Positions 36,632 to 46,638 of a DNA stretch of 64,000 nucleotides are shown here, one piece after another; positions within the stretch are counted from its first letter, which is position 1, and the number at the start of each line of letters is the position of its first letter. The notes under the pieces are model-generated. The model had not been told where the DNA came from and ran no database searches. It saw only the letters and a list, made by a program, of their open reading frames with translations. The stretch is from NCBI GenBank assembly GCA_040326115.1, contig JBEQLD010000001.1:64-64063 (forward strand). Reading direction: 5' to 3'. A program made the position numbers and the translations under genes. The stretch comes from Mariprofundaceae bacterium. GTDB taxonomy: Bacteria > Pseudomonadota > Zetaproteobacteria > Mariprofundales > Mariprofundaceae.

Positions 36632-37401
36632 TAAATCACCCCCTCCTGCTTGGCTGGTCGAATAAACCAGCGGTTTGCTGTGCGCGCATCCACTCGCCAA
36701 TGGCCAGAGCGCCAACGCTGTTTTTCCAATAGGGCACTTACCCTGTTGATAGAATCAGACCTGTTTTGATTGCGTGAAAGCATCCACTGCTGCCCCTGAT
36801 TGAAATTAATTTTCCAGCTACTGTGATTTGCAAATAGCTCGCTGATTCGGGAAAAGTGAGTGGGCTGATCTGATCTCATGGATTTCAACATGGCAGATGC
36901 CTCATGGATATCCGCTTTATTGATTCTGAGGATAGGAAGGTCTGCCATTTCAGTGGCCTGTAGCGGGCGGTAGATAGTGCCATGCATATCCACCAGAAAA
37001 ATCTTACCATCCTGTTTCTGCCAGAGACCGATTGGACTGCGAGCAACTGCACGAAGGTGCAGTGATCCAGCCAGTGTTCTCTGAATATGAATATTTTCCA
37101 GATCGGAAACCGTTTCCAGAAGATGGCTGCGAAGCAGGCCCGGGCGAGTTGACCAGAAATCATAATCGGGCAGTTCATTCATGACAGTGTCGATTTGCCG
37201 CTCCAGGGATACCGGAGCATTTCCACCGGTTTCAATCTCCCATTTGGAAACACTGAAAGTCTGATTCAACACAAACAGAGTTGAGAGTGACAGTGCCGTT
37301 GCCAGAATTGTGCCTGAAGTCAGCGCGAATCTTCTGCGCAGCACTCTGCGGCGTTGTTGAACTTCTACCTTGGCAATGCGACGAGTATTGGCGCGGCTCA
37401 T
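36631..37401 (-). CDS. ftsQ: Cell division protein FtsQ
   Basis: 256 aa. Basic N-terminus, a single TM helix, a POTRA-like region and a position between ddl and ftsA. Confidence 0.8.
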   Translation of the reverse strand: MSRANTRRIAKVEVQQRRRVLRRRFALTSGTILATALSLSTLFVLNQTFSVSKWEIETGGNAPVSLERQIDTVMNELPDYDFWSTRPGLLRSHLLETVSDLENIHIQRTLAGSLHLRAVARSPIGLWQKQDGKIFLVDMHGTIYRPLQATEMADLPILRINKADIHEASAMLKSMRSDQPTHFSRISELFANHSSWKINFNQGQQWMLSRNQNRSDSINRVSALLEKQRWRSGHWRVDARTANRWFIRPAKQEGVI

Positions 37402-38330
37402 AACGCTGCTCCTTGTTGTGAACCAAGACGGGTCGAATCAAGGCGGGCCACAGCTAGAATCCGGCAGCAGAGATCATCAAAATTGATACCTGCTGTTGCT
37501 GCAGCTTTGGGCAACAGGCTGGTCTCTGTCATGCCGGGAATTGTATTCACTTCCAGCACGATGGGTTCGCCGCCATCGGCAACGATCATGTCGACTCTTG
37601 GAGCGCCGTCGCAGCCGGTAGCTTCCACCGACTCTTCTGCACGCTGCATGCAGAGGCGAAGCATTTCAGCCGGAATACGTGCCGGACAGAAATATTCGGT
37701 TGCACCAATTGTATATTTGGATTCAAAGTCATAGACGCCGGATTTCGGAACGATCTCAACCGGAGGCAGCGCCTTGCCATTGAGAGTGGAGACATGAATC
37801 TCGGGCCCTTTCACGGGCATCTCAGCCATCCAGCCTGCGGTGTTGGAGATATCAAGCGCATCCCAGTCTGTTTTGCTGTTTAAAAAGTGCAGGCCGACAC
37901 TGGAGCCTTCAGCGACCGGTTTAAGGATGACCGGATAACGCGCAGGACCATCACTGCCCAGTGAAATATCTACAGGTGTCTTGATACCTGCCTTTTCCAG
38001 CACGCTCTTGCTCAACTGCTTATCCATGCAGAGTGCCGAGGCTGTAATGCCTGAGCCAGTGTAGGGGATGCCCATAATTTCCAGCAGGCCCTGAACAGCA
38101 CCATCCTCTCCGAGGGTTCCGTGCAGGGCGATAAATGCCGCATCAATGTCGGAGGCCTGAATCTGCTCCGGCCAGCGGTTGGTCAGGTCGATCTCTGTGA
38201 CTTTGATTCCGGAGCGTTGCAGTGCCGCAGCGACAGCTTTACCGGAGCGCAACGAGATTTCACGCTCACTGGAAGTGCCGCCCATCAATACGCCGACATG
38301 GTTAAATGGAATATTCAGGGAGCAGCTCAA
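37398..38330 (-). CDS. ddl: D-alanine--D-alanine ligase
   Basis: VGVLMGGTSSEREISLRSG, HGTLGEDGAVQGLLE, an ATP-grasp region and EVNTIPGMTETS. The TTG start overlaps the murB stop (TTGA). Confidence 0.9.
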   Translation of the reverse strand: MSCSLNIPFNHVGVLMGGTSSEREISLRSGKAVAAALQRSGIKVTEIDLTNRWPEQIQASDIDAAFIALHGTLGEDGAVQGLLEIMGIPYTGSGITASALCMDKQLSKSVLEKAGIKTPVDISLGSDGPARYPVILKPVAEGSSVGLHFLNSKTDWDALDISNTAGWMAEMPVKGPEIHVSTLNGKALPPVEIVPKSGVYDFESKYTIGATEYFCPARIPAEMLRLCMQRAEESVEATGCDGAPRVDMIVADGGEPIVLEVNTIPGMTETSLLPKAAATAGINFDDLCCRILAVARLDSTRLGSQQGAAL

Positions 38331-39217
38331 GTCGCACCTCCCACAATTCGTACTTCCGGCTTAAGACGAACGCCAAACTTCTCTTCAACGGCCTGTTGAG
38401 CCATGGAGATCAGGGTCAGCACATCTTCACAGGTTGCACCACCCTCATTCACGATGAAGTTGGCATGTGCGGAAGAGATGGAGGCGTTGCCGACTTTTTT
38501 GCCTTTAAGCCCGGCCTCTTCTATCAGCCGTGCCGCATGGTCGCCTTCAGGATTCTTAAACACAGATCCGCAGTTGGGCAGCGCAAGGGGCTGAGTACTG
38601 CTGCGCTGTTTGCGCATATCACGCATCCGGTCACGAATGGCTTCAGGCTCATCGCTGTTAAGATCAAATGTGGCGGAAACAACCACTGCTTTTTCAGGAA
38701 GTGAAGTATGTCGATAGGCCATCTGCAGTTGATCCCGGTGAATGGTTTCCATCTCACCATGACGATGAATGATTTCAATATTGATGAGGGTGTCAGATAG
38801 CTGCTGCCCGAATGCACCGGCATTCATCGCGATGCCGCCGCCCATATCCCCGGGAACGGTTGCCAGAAACTCAAGGCCTGCCAGGCCATGAGTCGCACAC
38901 TGCTGGGAAACTTTACTCATGCGGGCACCGGCTTCAGTTGTGACTGTAGATTCATTCACACTGATTTGAGAGAGCTCACCAAAATCAAGCACAATACCGT
39001 TAAAACCGTGATCCGCTATCAGCATGTTGCTACCGCGCCCCAGTGGAAGGATAGGGGTCTCTGCAGGGATCACGCGAAGTGCTTCGGCCAATTCATCTCT
39101 GCCTTTTGGACGGAAATACCAGCGGGCAGGCCCGCCGATGGCCAGCGTTGTGTGTGCAGACATGGGTACCTGCTCATCCAGGCGACCCAGTGTGGAAATG
39201 GTCTCTACCCAGCTCAT
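38327..39217 (-). CDS. murB: UDP-N-acetylenolpyruvoylglucosamine reductase MurB
   Basis: TTLAIGGPA, LGRGSNML, GLEFLATVPG and GSVFKNP motifs. ATGA overlap with murC. Confidence 0.9.
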   Translation of the reverse strand: MSWVETISTLGRLDEQVPMSAHTTLAIGGPARWYFRPKGRDELAEALRVIPAETPILPLGRGSNMLIADHGFNGIVLDFGELSQISVNESTVTTEAGARMSKVSQQCATHGLAGLEFLATVPGDMGGGIAMNAGAFGQQLSDTLINIEIIHRHGEMETIHRDQLQMAYRHTSLPEKAVVVSATFDLNSDEPEAIRDRMRDMRKQRSSTQPLALPNCGSVFKNPEGDHAARLIEEAGLKGKKVGNASISSAHANFIVNEGGATCEDVLTLISMAQQAVEEKFGVRLKPEVRIVGGAT

Positions 39218-40608
39218 TGCGCGGCCTCACTGCCCTGACCGGCAATGATATTGCGCAGCTCCTGAGCCAGTGCACCGATGGAGCCGGCTCCCATGAGCAA
39301 TACGATTTTGCCATCTGATAGAGCCTGCAATGCATGCTCTTTGGCATGTTCCAGATCCTGACAATAAGTAACATGCCTGTGGCCTCGTGCACGCATGCTT
39401 TCAACCATTTTTTTAGATGTGACGCCTTTGATAGGCGCTTCACTGGCTGCATAGATGGGGAGCAGCGCCACTTCATGGGCTGCATCGAATGCGCCAAGAA
39501 ATTCATCCATCAGATCCTGAGTTCGTGAATAGCGATGTGGCTGGAAAAGAACCGAGATCTCTTTTTCCGGCCAGCATGAGATAGCGGCATCCAATGTCGC
39601 CGTGATCTCTTTTGGATGGTGGGCATAATCATCGACCAGCACAGCACTGTCTGTAGAAGTGCACTGGAATCTTCTCTGAATACCGGCAAAGCTTTCCATG
39701 GCCTGCTTAATGGTTTCGGTATCTACGCCCAGATCAAGCAGAACCGCTACGGCTGCAAGTGCATTTTCGGCATTGTGACGACCGGGCATGGGTAGATGGA
39801 AATGACATGTCCGATTTTTTTCACGAATGCCCACGGTCAGTTCCTGACCGTTTCCATCCGGTTTGAGATCTATCAGATGAATATCTGCCTGAGGGCTGCT
39901 GCCATAAGTTGTAATCGGTTTCTGCAATCCTTCGCGCAGTGCTGCTACATTCGGATGTTCATGATGCAGTACAACACGGCCATAAAATGGAGTGAGATTT
40001 ACAAACTGTCTGAACGCCTCCATCAGATGCTCAAAGTCACCGTAGTGATCCAGATGTTCCGGATCGATGTTGCTGACAACGGCGATGGTGGGTGAGAGGC
40101 GGAGGAATGAGCCATCACTCTCATCAGCCTCGGCAACCAGCCATGGGCTGGAGCCCAGTTTGGCATTGTCACCCGTTGCCATCAGTCGGCCACCAATCAC
40201 ATAGGTCGGATCAAGCCCGGCACTCTCCATGCCGTGCGCAATCATTGAGGTGATAGTTGTTTTTCCATGGCTTCCAGCAACAGCAACGCCCTGTTTCATG
40301 CGCATAAGTTCCGCCAGCATTTCCGCTCTTGGAATGATTGGAATACCCAGTTTTCTGGCTTCAGCCACTTCCGGATTCTCTTTTGCAATAGCCGTTGAAG
40401 TGACAACAACCTGAGCCTTGCCGATATTCTCTGCAGCATGGCCAATGTGCACTGTGATTCCCAAAGCACGCAGTTTGGCCACATTAGGGCTCTCTGCCGC
40501 ATCACTTCCCTGTACGCTGAATCCCTGATTGTGCAGCAACTCGGCAATACCACTCATGCCGATACCACCAATGCCTGTCAGGTGAATGCATTGAATACGT
40601 CTCTTCAT
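39214..40608 (-). CDS. murC: UDP-N-acetylmuramate--L-alanine ligase MurC
   Basis: IHLTGIGGIGMSGIAE, VAVAGSHGKTTITSM and DDYAHHP motifs. Confidence 0.93.
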   Translation of the reverse strand: MKRRIQCIHLTGIGGIGMSGIAELLHNQGFSVQGSDAAESPNVAKLRALGITVHIGHAAENIGKAQVVVTSTAIAKENPEVAEARKLGIPIIPRAEMLAELMRMKQGVAVAGSHGKTTITSMIAHGMESAGLDPTYVIGGRLMATGDNAKLGSSPWLVAEADESDGSFLRLSPTIAVVSNIDPEHLDHYGDFEHLMEAFRQFVNLTPFYGRVVLHHEHPNVAALREGLQKPITTYGSSPQADIHLIDLKPDGNGQELTVGIREKNRTCHFHLPMPGRHNAENALAAVAVLLDLGVDTETIKQAMESFAGIQRRFQCTSTDSAVLVDDYAHHPKEITATLDAAISCWPEKEISVLFQPHRYSRTQDLMDEFLGAFDAAHEVALLPIYAASEAPIKGVTSKKMVESMRARGHRHVTYCQDLEHAKEHALQALSDGKIVLLMGAGSIGALAQELRNIIAGQGSEAAQ

Positions 40609-41702
40609 GCGATCACCTCCGGCAGAGGCAGAAAACTTTGTAGTGCATCAAGCTGCTTCTCTTTTGCGTTAACGTAAGAGGCTGTTTTTGCCGCCTGACT
40701 CATCTTGTTTAGACGTGAGGCGTCAAAGAGCAGGGCTTCGATCTGGGTTGCCAGTTCAGGAACAGAGCTGTTTTTCTGCTCAAGAATGATTGCCGCACCC
40801 TGATCCGCGATGGACTTAGCATTATAATACTGATGCTGATCAGCTGCGTGTGGAAGAGGCACATAGATAGTGGGTATACCGCAAATTGCGGCTTCACCGA
40901 CTGTCATGGCACCGCTACGGGCAATCATCAGATCACCACTGGTATAAAAATTCGGCATGTCATTGCAGAATCCGAGTACATCAGCATCAATGCCTGCATC
41001 TCTGTATGCCTGCTCAATAGAGGACTCATTTTTTCCTGCAATGTGAGTGACCTGAAACTCCCGGCCCTTCTCTTTTAACTGGCCACATGCAGCAGGAACA
41101 CTCTCATTAAGAAAGGCAGCGCCCTGTGATCCACCAAGAATCAACAGTCTTGGCGGTGTATGTGATTGCCAGTTTACCTCGGCAATGCTCTCTCGAACGA
41201 TGTTGCCGGTGATGATGGTTTTTCCGGCAGGTAGCAAGCGGGCGGCATCAGCAAAACCAAGCATGATGGCCTTGCAGAAGCGGGTCAGCTTTCTGTTTAC
41301 CAGTCCGGGCACTGCATTCTGTTCATAAAGGATCACGGGGATACTGCTTGTTAACGCAGCCAGCACGCCTGTGACGCTGGCATAACCACCAACACCCACC
41401 ACCAGATGTGGTCGGTTGTTTTTCCACTGTTTACGAACTTTTAAAACTGCCATTGGCAATTCCCAGAAGAGAACACGAAGCTTCTGACCCAATCCCGCAC
41501 CTTGAACGGAGTGCATGGTCAACAGAAGTGCATCCTCTCCACGTTCAGGCAGAAGACGGGCTTCAAGACCGCGTTCGGCACCAATAAATGTCACCTTCAG
41601 TTCAGGCCACGCTGCGCGCGCGGCATCAGCCAGGGCAAGGGCGGGCATGACATGGCCACCGGTTCCGCCGCCGGCAATGCAGAGGTTTGGTATCGTAGTC
41701 AT
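40605..41702 (-). CDS. murG: UDP-N-acetylglucosamine--LPS-independent lipid I transferase MurG
   Basis: AGGGTGGHVMPALALA, and the C-terminal half ARSGAMTVGEAAICGIPTIYVPLPHAADQHQYYNA. Confidence 0.93.
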   Translation of the reverse strand: MTTIPNLCIAGGGTGGHVMPALALADAARAAWPELKVTFIGAERGLEARLLPERGEDALLLTMHSVQGAGLGQKLRVLFWELPMAVLKVRKQWKNNRPHLVVGVGGYASVTGVLAALTSSIPVILYEQNAVPGLVNRKLTRFCKAIMLGFADAARLLPAGKTIITGNIVRESIAEVNWQSHTPPRLLILGGSQGAAFLNESVPAACGQLKEKGREFQVTHIAGKNESSIEQAYRDAGIDADVLGFCNDMPNFYTSGDLMIARSGAMTVGEAAICGIPTIYVPLPHAADQHQYYNAKSIADQGAAIILEQKNSSVPELATQIEALLFDASRLNKMSQAAKTASYVNAKEKQLDALQSFLPLPEVIA

Positions 41703-42835
41703 ACCAGTACCTCGGATCGATGGCTGTTGTGAACAGACCTGTTATCAGGTTGATGGCGTTGAACCGAAAGAATCAGTCCAATCAGAATACAATTACCAAT
41801 CAATGCACTTCCGCCATAGGAGAAGAAGGGGATCGGCATGCCTTTGGTTGGCAGGATTCCCATCACGGCTCCAAGATTGATCATGCATGAGATGGCGATT
41901 AACAGGGTGCAACCAAGAACCAGCAGACGCTCAAAGGGGTCTTTGGATCTCATGGCAAGTTGCAAGCCACGCCAGACAAGAACAGCAAACAGGGTGATCA
42001 ATGCAAGGGTTCCGGCAAGACCAAGTTCTTCTGCAAGAACTGCGGCAATAAAGTCGGTAAAGGCCTCGGGTAGATAAAAGAGCTTCTGAACGCCCTGGCC
42101 AAGGCCGCTTCCTGTCAGGCCGCCTGCGCCGAATGCAATCATGGATTGAACCAGCTGATAACCACTTCCAAACTGATCAGCCCACGGATCGGTAAAGCTG
42201 AGAAGCCTCTTCACTCGATACGGCTCGGCAATAATGGCAATCGCTCCAATCGGGATGACTGCAACAATCAACGAGATCAGATGACGTAGCGGAACACCGC
42301 CGACAAACCACATGCAAAATGCGACCATTATAAGCAACACGGCATTACCGAAATCCGGTTGAATCAGCAACAACGCCGCAGCAGTGCCAAGTACGACCAG
42401 CATGGGAGCCAATCCTGCAGAGAAGTTTTTAAGACGCTCGGGAAAAGCAGCTATGTAATATGCCAGATAGAGAATGATGATGGGTTTAAACAGTTCAACA
42501 GGCTGAAGGGTAATTCCTGCCAGTGAGAACCAGCGGGTTGCACCGTTGATTTTGACGCCGAATATCAACACGCAAAGCATGACCAGCAGAGAGATGCCAA
42601 GCAGCGAGAGGCTTGCAGCTTTCCACCAGTCAGGATGTACAGAAGAGACCGCCCAGGCGAGCACGAGGCCGATAGGAATATAGACCAGCCAGTGTGAGAT
42701 AATCCGAAGTGGGTCACCATAACGGACTTCGGCTACGCTGAGGCTGGCACTACCGATCATGATAACACTGAGGACAATAAGCAGAATAACAGTTCCGCAA
42801 AGAATAGTGTCAGGGGCTAAAATACGGTTGCTCAT
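41699..42835 (-). CDS. ftsW: Peptidoglycan glycosyltransferase FtsW (SEDS family)
   Basis: 378 aa and polytopic. QPVELFKP, QPDFGNA, LPEAFTDFI and PIPFFSYGGSAL motifs, positioned between murD and murG. Confidence 0.9.
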   Translation of the reverse strand: MSNRILAPDTILCGTVILLIVLSVIMIGSASLSVAEVRYGDPLRIISHWLVYIPIGLVLAWAVSSVHPDWWKAASLSLLGISLLVMLCVLIFGVKINGATRWFSLAGITLQPVELFKPIIILYLAYYIAAFPERLKNFSAGLAPMLVVLGTAAALLLIQPDFGNAVLLIMVAFCMWFVGGVPLRHLISLIVAVIPIGAIAIIAEPYRVKRLLSFTDPWADQFGSGYQLVQSMIAFGAGGLTGSGLGQGVQKLFYLPEAFTDFIAAVLAEELGLAGTLALITLFAVLVWRGLQLAMRSKDPFERLLVLGCTLLIAISCMINLGAVMGILPTKGMPIPFFSYGGSALIGNCILIGLILSVQRHQPDNRSVHNSHRSEVLV

Positions 42836-44196
42836 GCACCACCCCCTAATTCCTGAGCAGCTTTGGCAAATGCCGATCCGCGTTCGGCATAGTTGGCAAA
42901 CTGGTCCTGACTTGCGGCTGCCGGTGAGAGAAGAACCGGGTCATCCCCACGGCATTTTGAGGCCAGAGATACGGCTTTTTTCATACTTCCAGCCACCTTG
43001 TAGGGGACTTTGGCCTCATCCAGCATCTCAGTGTATGCACGGGTCTCTTTTCCAATCACAAATGCGTGTGAAACATGCTCATGAGCCACAGGAATAAGTG
43101 CACCGAGATCAAGTCCTTTCCTTAATCCGCCACATATCCAGATGGTCTTTTCAAACGAGTTGAGTGCGGCAATGGCGGCATCAGGATTGGTGGCCTTGGA
43201 GTCGTCATACCAATCCTTACCGGCAGTCATGCAGATATGTTCCAGGCGATGTTTAAGTCCGCGGAAGCAGATCAGAGCTTCGCGAATCACTTCAGGATTC
43301 ACGCCATAATCAGCTGCGGCCTGTGCAGCGACAGCCATATTCATGTGCTGATGTGCTCCACGTGCCGGGATCTGTTCACAAGGGATCAATTGACGCTGCT
43401 CGTGCTGACGCCAGAATAGAACAGGACCGTTTGAGGTCTCCATGATGCCTGCTGTCAGTGTATCTGATTCCGGATCGTTCTCACTGCAACCACCAAAGCG
43501 AAGGGTATGAACACCACGCTCCTGTAGTTGATGAACCAGTGCATCCCACTCTGAATCGGCAGGAAGCATGGCTCTGTCACCTTCGCCCTGCTTTTCGAAC
43601 AGTCCCAGCTTGGCTGCCAGGTACTCCTCTTTGTTTCGGTGCATGTCAGCATGGTCAGACTGGAAGTTCAGAAGCACAGCCCAGTCCGGTTTAATATTAT
43701 TGCTACGCTCAAGTTGGAAACTCGAAAGTTCCAGCACAACGCGGGAGGGTTCTCTTTCATTCTGAATCAGATCAAGCATCGGGATGCCGATATTGCCACC
43801 GGCTTGAATACCACCGGGTAGTGTTTCCAGCATGGTCTCAACAAGATGTGTAGTGGTTGTTTTGCCATTGGTGCCGGTAATGGCAACAACCGGTCCGGAA
43901 TAGTGATCCAGGAAAATGTCCAGATCGCCTGTGATGGACATGCCTTTTTCCCGAAGCGTTTTAAGAACGGGGTTTGACCAACTGATACCCGGACTTACAG
44001 CAACCAGATCAAACTCACTCAATGCATCGGCATTGAAGAGGTCGATATGCATGGGAAGATCAAGATCATCCGGCAGCTTCACTTTCTGCTCATCAAAGCC
44101 TTCACAAATGTCACCCCTCCTTAACAGGAAGCGTGCGAGGGACTGTCCGGTTTGGCCCATGCCCATGATGGCGACTTTTTGACGTTTAATATTCAT
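42832..44196 (-). CDS. murD: UDP-N-acetylmuramoylalanine--D-glutamate ligase MurD
   Basis: VAIMGMGQTG, ITGTNGKTTTTHL and the Mur ligase middle and C-terminal domains (DDSKATNPDAA). Confidence 0.92.
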   Translation of the reverse strand: MNIKRQKVAIMGMGQTGQSLARFLLRRGDICEGFDEQKVKLPDDLDLPMHIDLFNADALSEFDLVAVSPGISWSNPVLKTLREKGMSITGDLDIFLDHYSGPVVAITGTNGKTTTTHLVETMLETLPGGIQAGGNIGIPMLDLIQNEREPSRVVLELSSFQLERSNNIKPDWAVLLNFQSDHADMHRNKEEYLAAKLGLFEKQGEGDRAMLPADSEWDALVHQLQERGVHTLRFGGCSENDPESDTLTAGIMETSNGPVLFWRQHEQRQLIPCEQIPARGAHQHMNMAVAAQAAADYGVNPEVIREALICFRGLKHRLEHICMTAGKDWYDDSKATNPDAAIAALNSFEKTIWICGGLRKGLDLGALIPVAHEHVSHAFVIGKETRAYTEMLDEAKVPYKVAGSMKKAVSLASKCRGDDPVLLSPAAASQDQFANYAERGSAFAKAAQELGGGA

Positions 44197-44204
44197 CTTG
44201 TCAT

Positions 44205-45275
44205 CTACCGAATCTTCAACGTGGAGAGGGCCACGAGTGCCAGAATGAGCGAGATGATCCAGAAACGGACAATCACTTTGGGTTCCGCCCAGCCTTTGAG
44301 TTCATAGTGATGGTGGATCGGAGCCATGCGGAACACACGTTTTCCGGTCAGCTTGAATGAGACAACCTGTACGATGACCGATACAGCCTCGAGTACAAAG
44401 ATGCCTCCGGCAATGGCCAGTAGGAATTGCTGATGCACGGCGCAGGCGACAAACCCGAGGGCGCCGCCCAACGCCAATGCACCGACATCACCCATAAAAA
44501 CCTGAGCCGGGTAAGTGTTAAACCATAAGAAACCAAGACATGCGCCAACCATGGCGCCGCAGAAGACAGTCAGCTCGCCCGCGCCGGGAACATGTGGAAT
44601 CATCAGATAACTGGAGAATTGAACATGGCCTGAGAGGTAAACCACCACTGCAAGCGCAGTTGCAACCATGAATGTTGGCGTGACAGCCAGCCCATCCAGA
44701 CCATCGGTCAGGTTTACTGCGTTAGAGGTTCCAATCAGTACAAAGATAATAAACGGCATGTACCAGATTCCCATATCCCACTGGATGTTAAAGAAGGGAA
44801 TATCCACCATCGGTTCTGTCATCTGGTAGAGACCAACGGCTGCCACCGCTCCAAACAGAAGCTGCAGTAACAGTTTCCATCTTCCGGCCAGTCCTTTTGA
44901 GCTCTGTCTGCTGATTTTCAGGTGATCATCCAACCAGCCGATCAGTCCATATCCCAGTGTCAGCATCAGGCCCAGCCAGATAAAGTTGTTGGAGAGGTCC
45001 GCCCATAGAAGTGTGGAGAGGGTGAAGGTGAGCAGAATTAGCAGACCGCCCATGGTTGGCGTGCCCTGTTTGCTCAGATGACTTTGTGGGCCATCAGCTC
45101 TAATAGGCTGCCCTTTGCCCTGTCGAACCTTGAGCCAGCGGATAAAGAATGGTCCAAAAATCCAGCAGAGGATCAGTGACGTGAGCAGTGCATAGACCGT
45201 ACGGAATGTAATGTACTGGAACAGGTTGAAGATGGAGTACTGATCAGCCAGTGGATAGAGAAGATTATAGAGCAT
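44205..45275 (-). CDS. mraY: Phospho-N-acetylmuramoyl-pentapeptide transferase MraY
   Basis: [34 protein letters not shown] and APIHHHYE motifs. Confidence 0.95.
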   Translation of the reverse strand: MLYNLLYPLADQYSIFNLFQYITFRTVYALLTSLILCWIFGPFFIRWLKVRQGKGQPIRADGPQSHLSKQGTPTMGGLLILLTFTLSTLLWADLSNNFIWLGLMLTLGYGLIGWLDDHLKISRQSSKGLAGRWKLLLQLLFGAVAAVGLYQMTEPMVDIPFFNIQWDMGIWYMPFIIFVLIGTSNAVNLTDGLDGLAVTPTFMVATALAVVVYLSGHVQFSSYLMIPHVPGAGELTVFCGAMVGACLGFLWFNTYPAQVFMGDVGALALGGALGFVACAVHQQFLLAIAGGIFVLEAVSVIVQVVSFKLTGKRVFRMAPIHHHYELKGWAEPKVIVRFWIISLILALVALSTLKIR

Positions 45276-46638
45276 AGATACCCTCCCTGTTGGTCATTGC
45301 TCGGACAATGCGATCGAGCTGCATGCTTCGGGAGCCCTTGATCAGCAGATAATCATTTTTTCCAAATTGACCTGAATGGTCTGAGGTCCACTGCAGGGCT
45401 TCATCCGTCGTAGCAAACCATAGAGCCTTAGGCTGAGTCTTTTTCAGCACCTGCATTTTGTTGCCGACCAGAATCACGCTGTCGATATTTGAAATATCGA
45501 GGTCGGCATGGGCTCTGGCTGAATCTTCCAACTCGGCCATGTCACCGATAATGGCGGTTTTATGACCCGGCAGTTGTGCCAGTGTATCCAGTGCAGCCTG
45601 CATGGAGATGGGATTGGCATTATAACTGTCATCCAGAATCGTGATGCCATTGATGCCGGGAACAGTCGCCATGCGACCATCAACTGCCTGCCAGCCGGAC
45701 AGAATATCGGCAATTTTCTGAAGTTCAGGTTGGGCTTTGTCCGCAGACTGTCTGAAATATTTCAGCACAACGGTAGCTGTAAGCGCCATGTTGGCTGCCC
45801 AGTGTCTGGCCGGGAGGGAGAGTGTTAGCTCAGCCTCTTCATGACTGGTGGATAGTTTCAGAGACTGACCTTCCAGTACCCACTGCACTGCATCACTCTC
45901 TTTGCTGTCCATATCAATGGAGATGTGCGGAATGCTTTCATTTTTAAGCTGCCGGGATACACCGGAACCAAATACACACCAGCCTTGCGGCAGCAGATGG
46001 GAAACCAGATAACTTTTCTCACGGGCGACGCCTTCAACACCACCCAACCCGGTACTGTGTGCAGCACTGATGCCGGTAATGACCGCGATGTCAGGCTGTA
46101 CAATCTCTGAAAGCCGGGCCATTTCGCCCTGTTCACTGATGCCACACTCAATCAGTGCCACTTCGGTTGATTCATTAATGCCGAGCAGAGTAGTGGGCAC
46201 GCCGACCAGGTTATTCAAATTGGCATGGGTTGCAGACGTCTCTACCCCAACTGTTTTGAAAACATGGGAGAGCATGGAGCGAACCGTGGTTTTTCCGTAA
46301 GAGCCGGTGATGGCAATGACAGTTGTCTGGCTTAGCCGGTTGCGCCATGCGTTGGCAATGTCACCCAGTGCGGTCAACGTATCTTCCACCTGTAGTTGCG
46401 GCAGTTCAAGATCACTCCAGAGTTTCGTACCCTGCTTATCTCCGATCAGAGCATGGGCATTTGATGCAACCCTGTCTGCAAAACGGTGGCCATCAAAATT
46501 AGGACCACGCAGTGCCAGAAAGGCCTGGCCTTCAATAAATTTCCTTGTGTCGGTACTGATACCGGAAATGGATTCCGGAGAGCCTTTTTGCCAGTCGCCG
46601 CCTGTGGCCTTCTGGAGTTCAATGCCGCTTAAGCGCAT
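45265..46638 (-). CDS. murF: UDP-N-acetylmuramoyl-tripeptide--D-alanyl-D-alanine ligase MurF
   Basis: [21 protein letters not shown] and a position between murE and mraY. Confidence 0.92.
   Translation of the reverse strand: MRLSGIELQKATGGDWQKGSPESISGISTDTRKFIEGQAFLALRGPNFDGHRFADRVASNAHALIGDKQGTKLWSDLELPQLQVEDTLTALGDIANAWRNRLSQTTVIAITGSYGKTTVRSMLSHVFKTVGVETSATHANLNNLVGVPTTLLGINESTEVALIECGISEQGEMARLSEIVQPDIAVITGISAAHSTGLGGVEGVAREKSYLVSHLLPQGWCVFGSGVSRQLKNESIPHISIDMDSKESDAVQWVLEGQSLKLSTSHEEAELTLSLPARHWAANMALTATVVLKYFRQSADKAQPELQKIADILSGWQAVDGRMATVPGINGITILDDSYNANPISMQAALDTLAQLPGHKTAIIGDMAELEDSARAHADLDISNIDSVILVGNKMQVLKKTQPKALWFATTDEALQWTSDHSGQFGKNDYLLIKGSRSMQLDRIVRAMTNREGIYAL

Noticed and set aside
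36632-36715. N-terminal extensions proposed by the ORF track for several genes. These are ftsA (to 36715), murE (to 48257), algH (to 24149), accA (from 62738), nagZ (from 32015), the DppC-like permease (from 31168), mraZ (to 51731) and the DUF992-like gene (from 22069).
   Set aside because: The extensions run into the preceding gene and precede the conserved N-termini. Internal ATG starts with Shine-Dalgarno sequences or with stop/start overlaps fit better.
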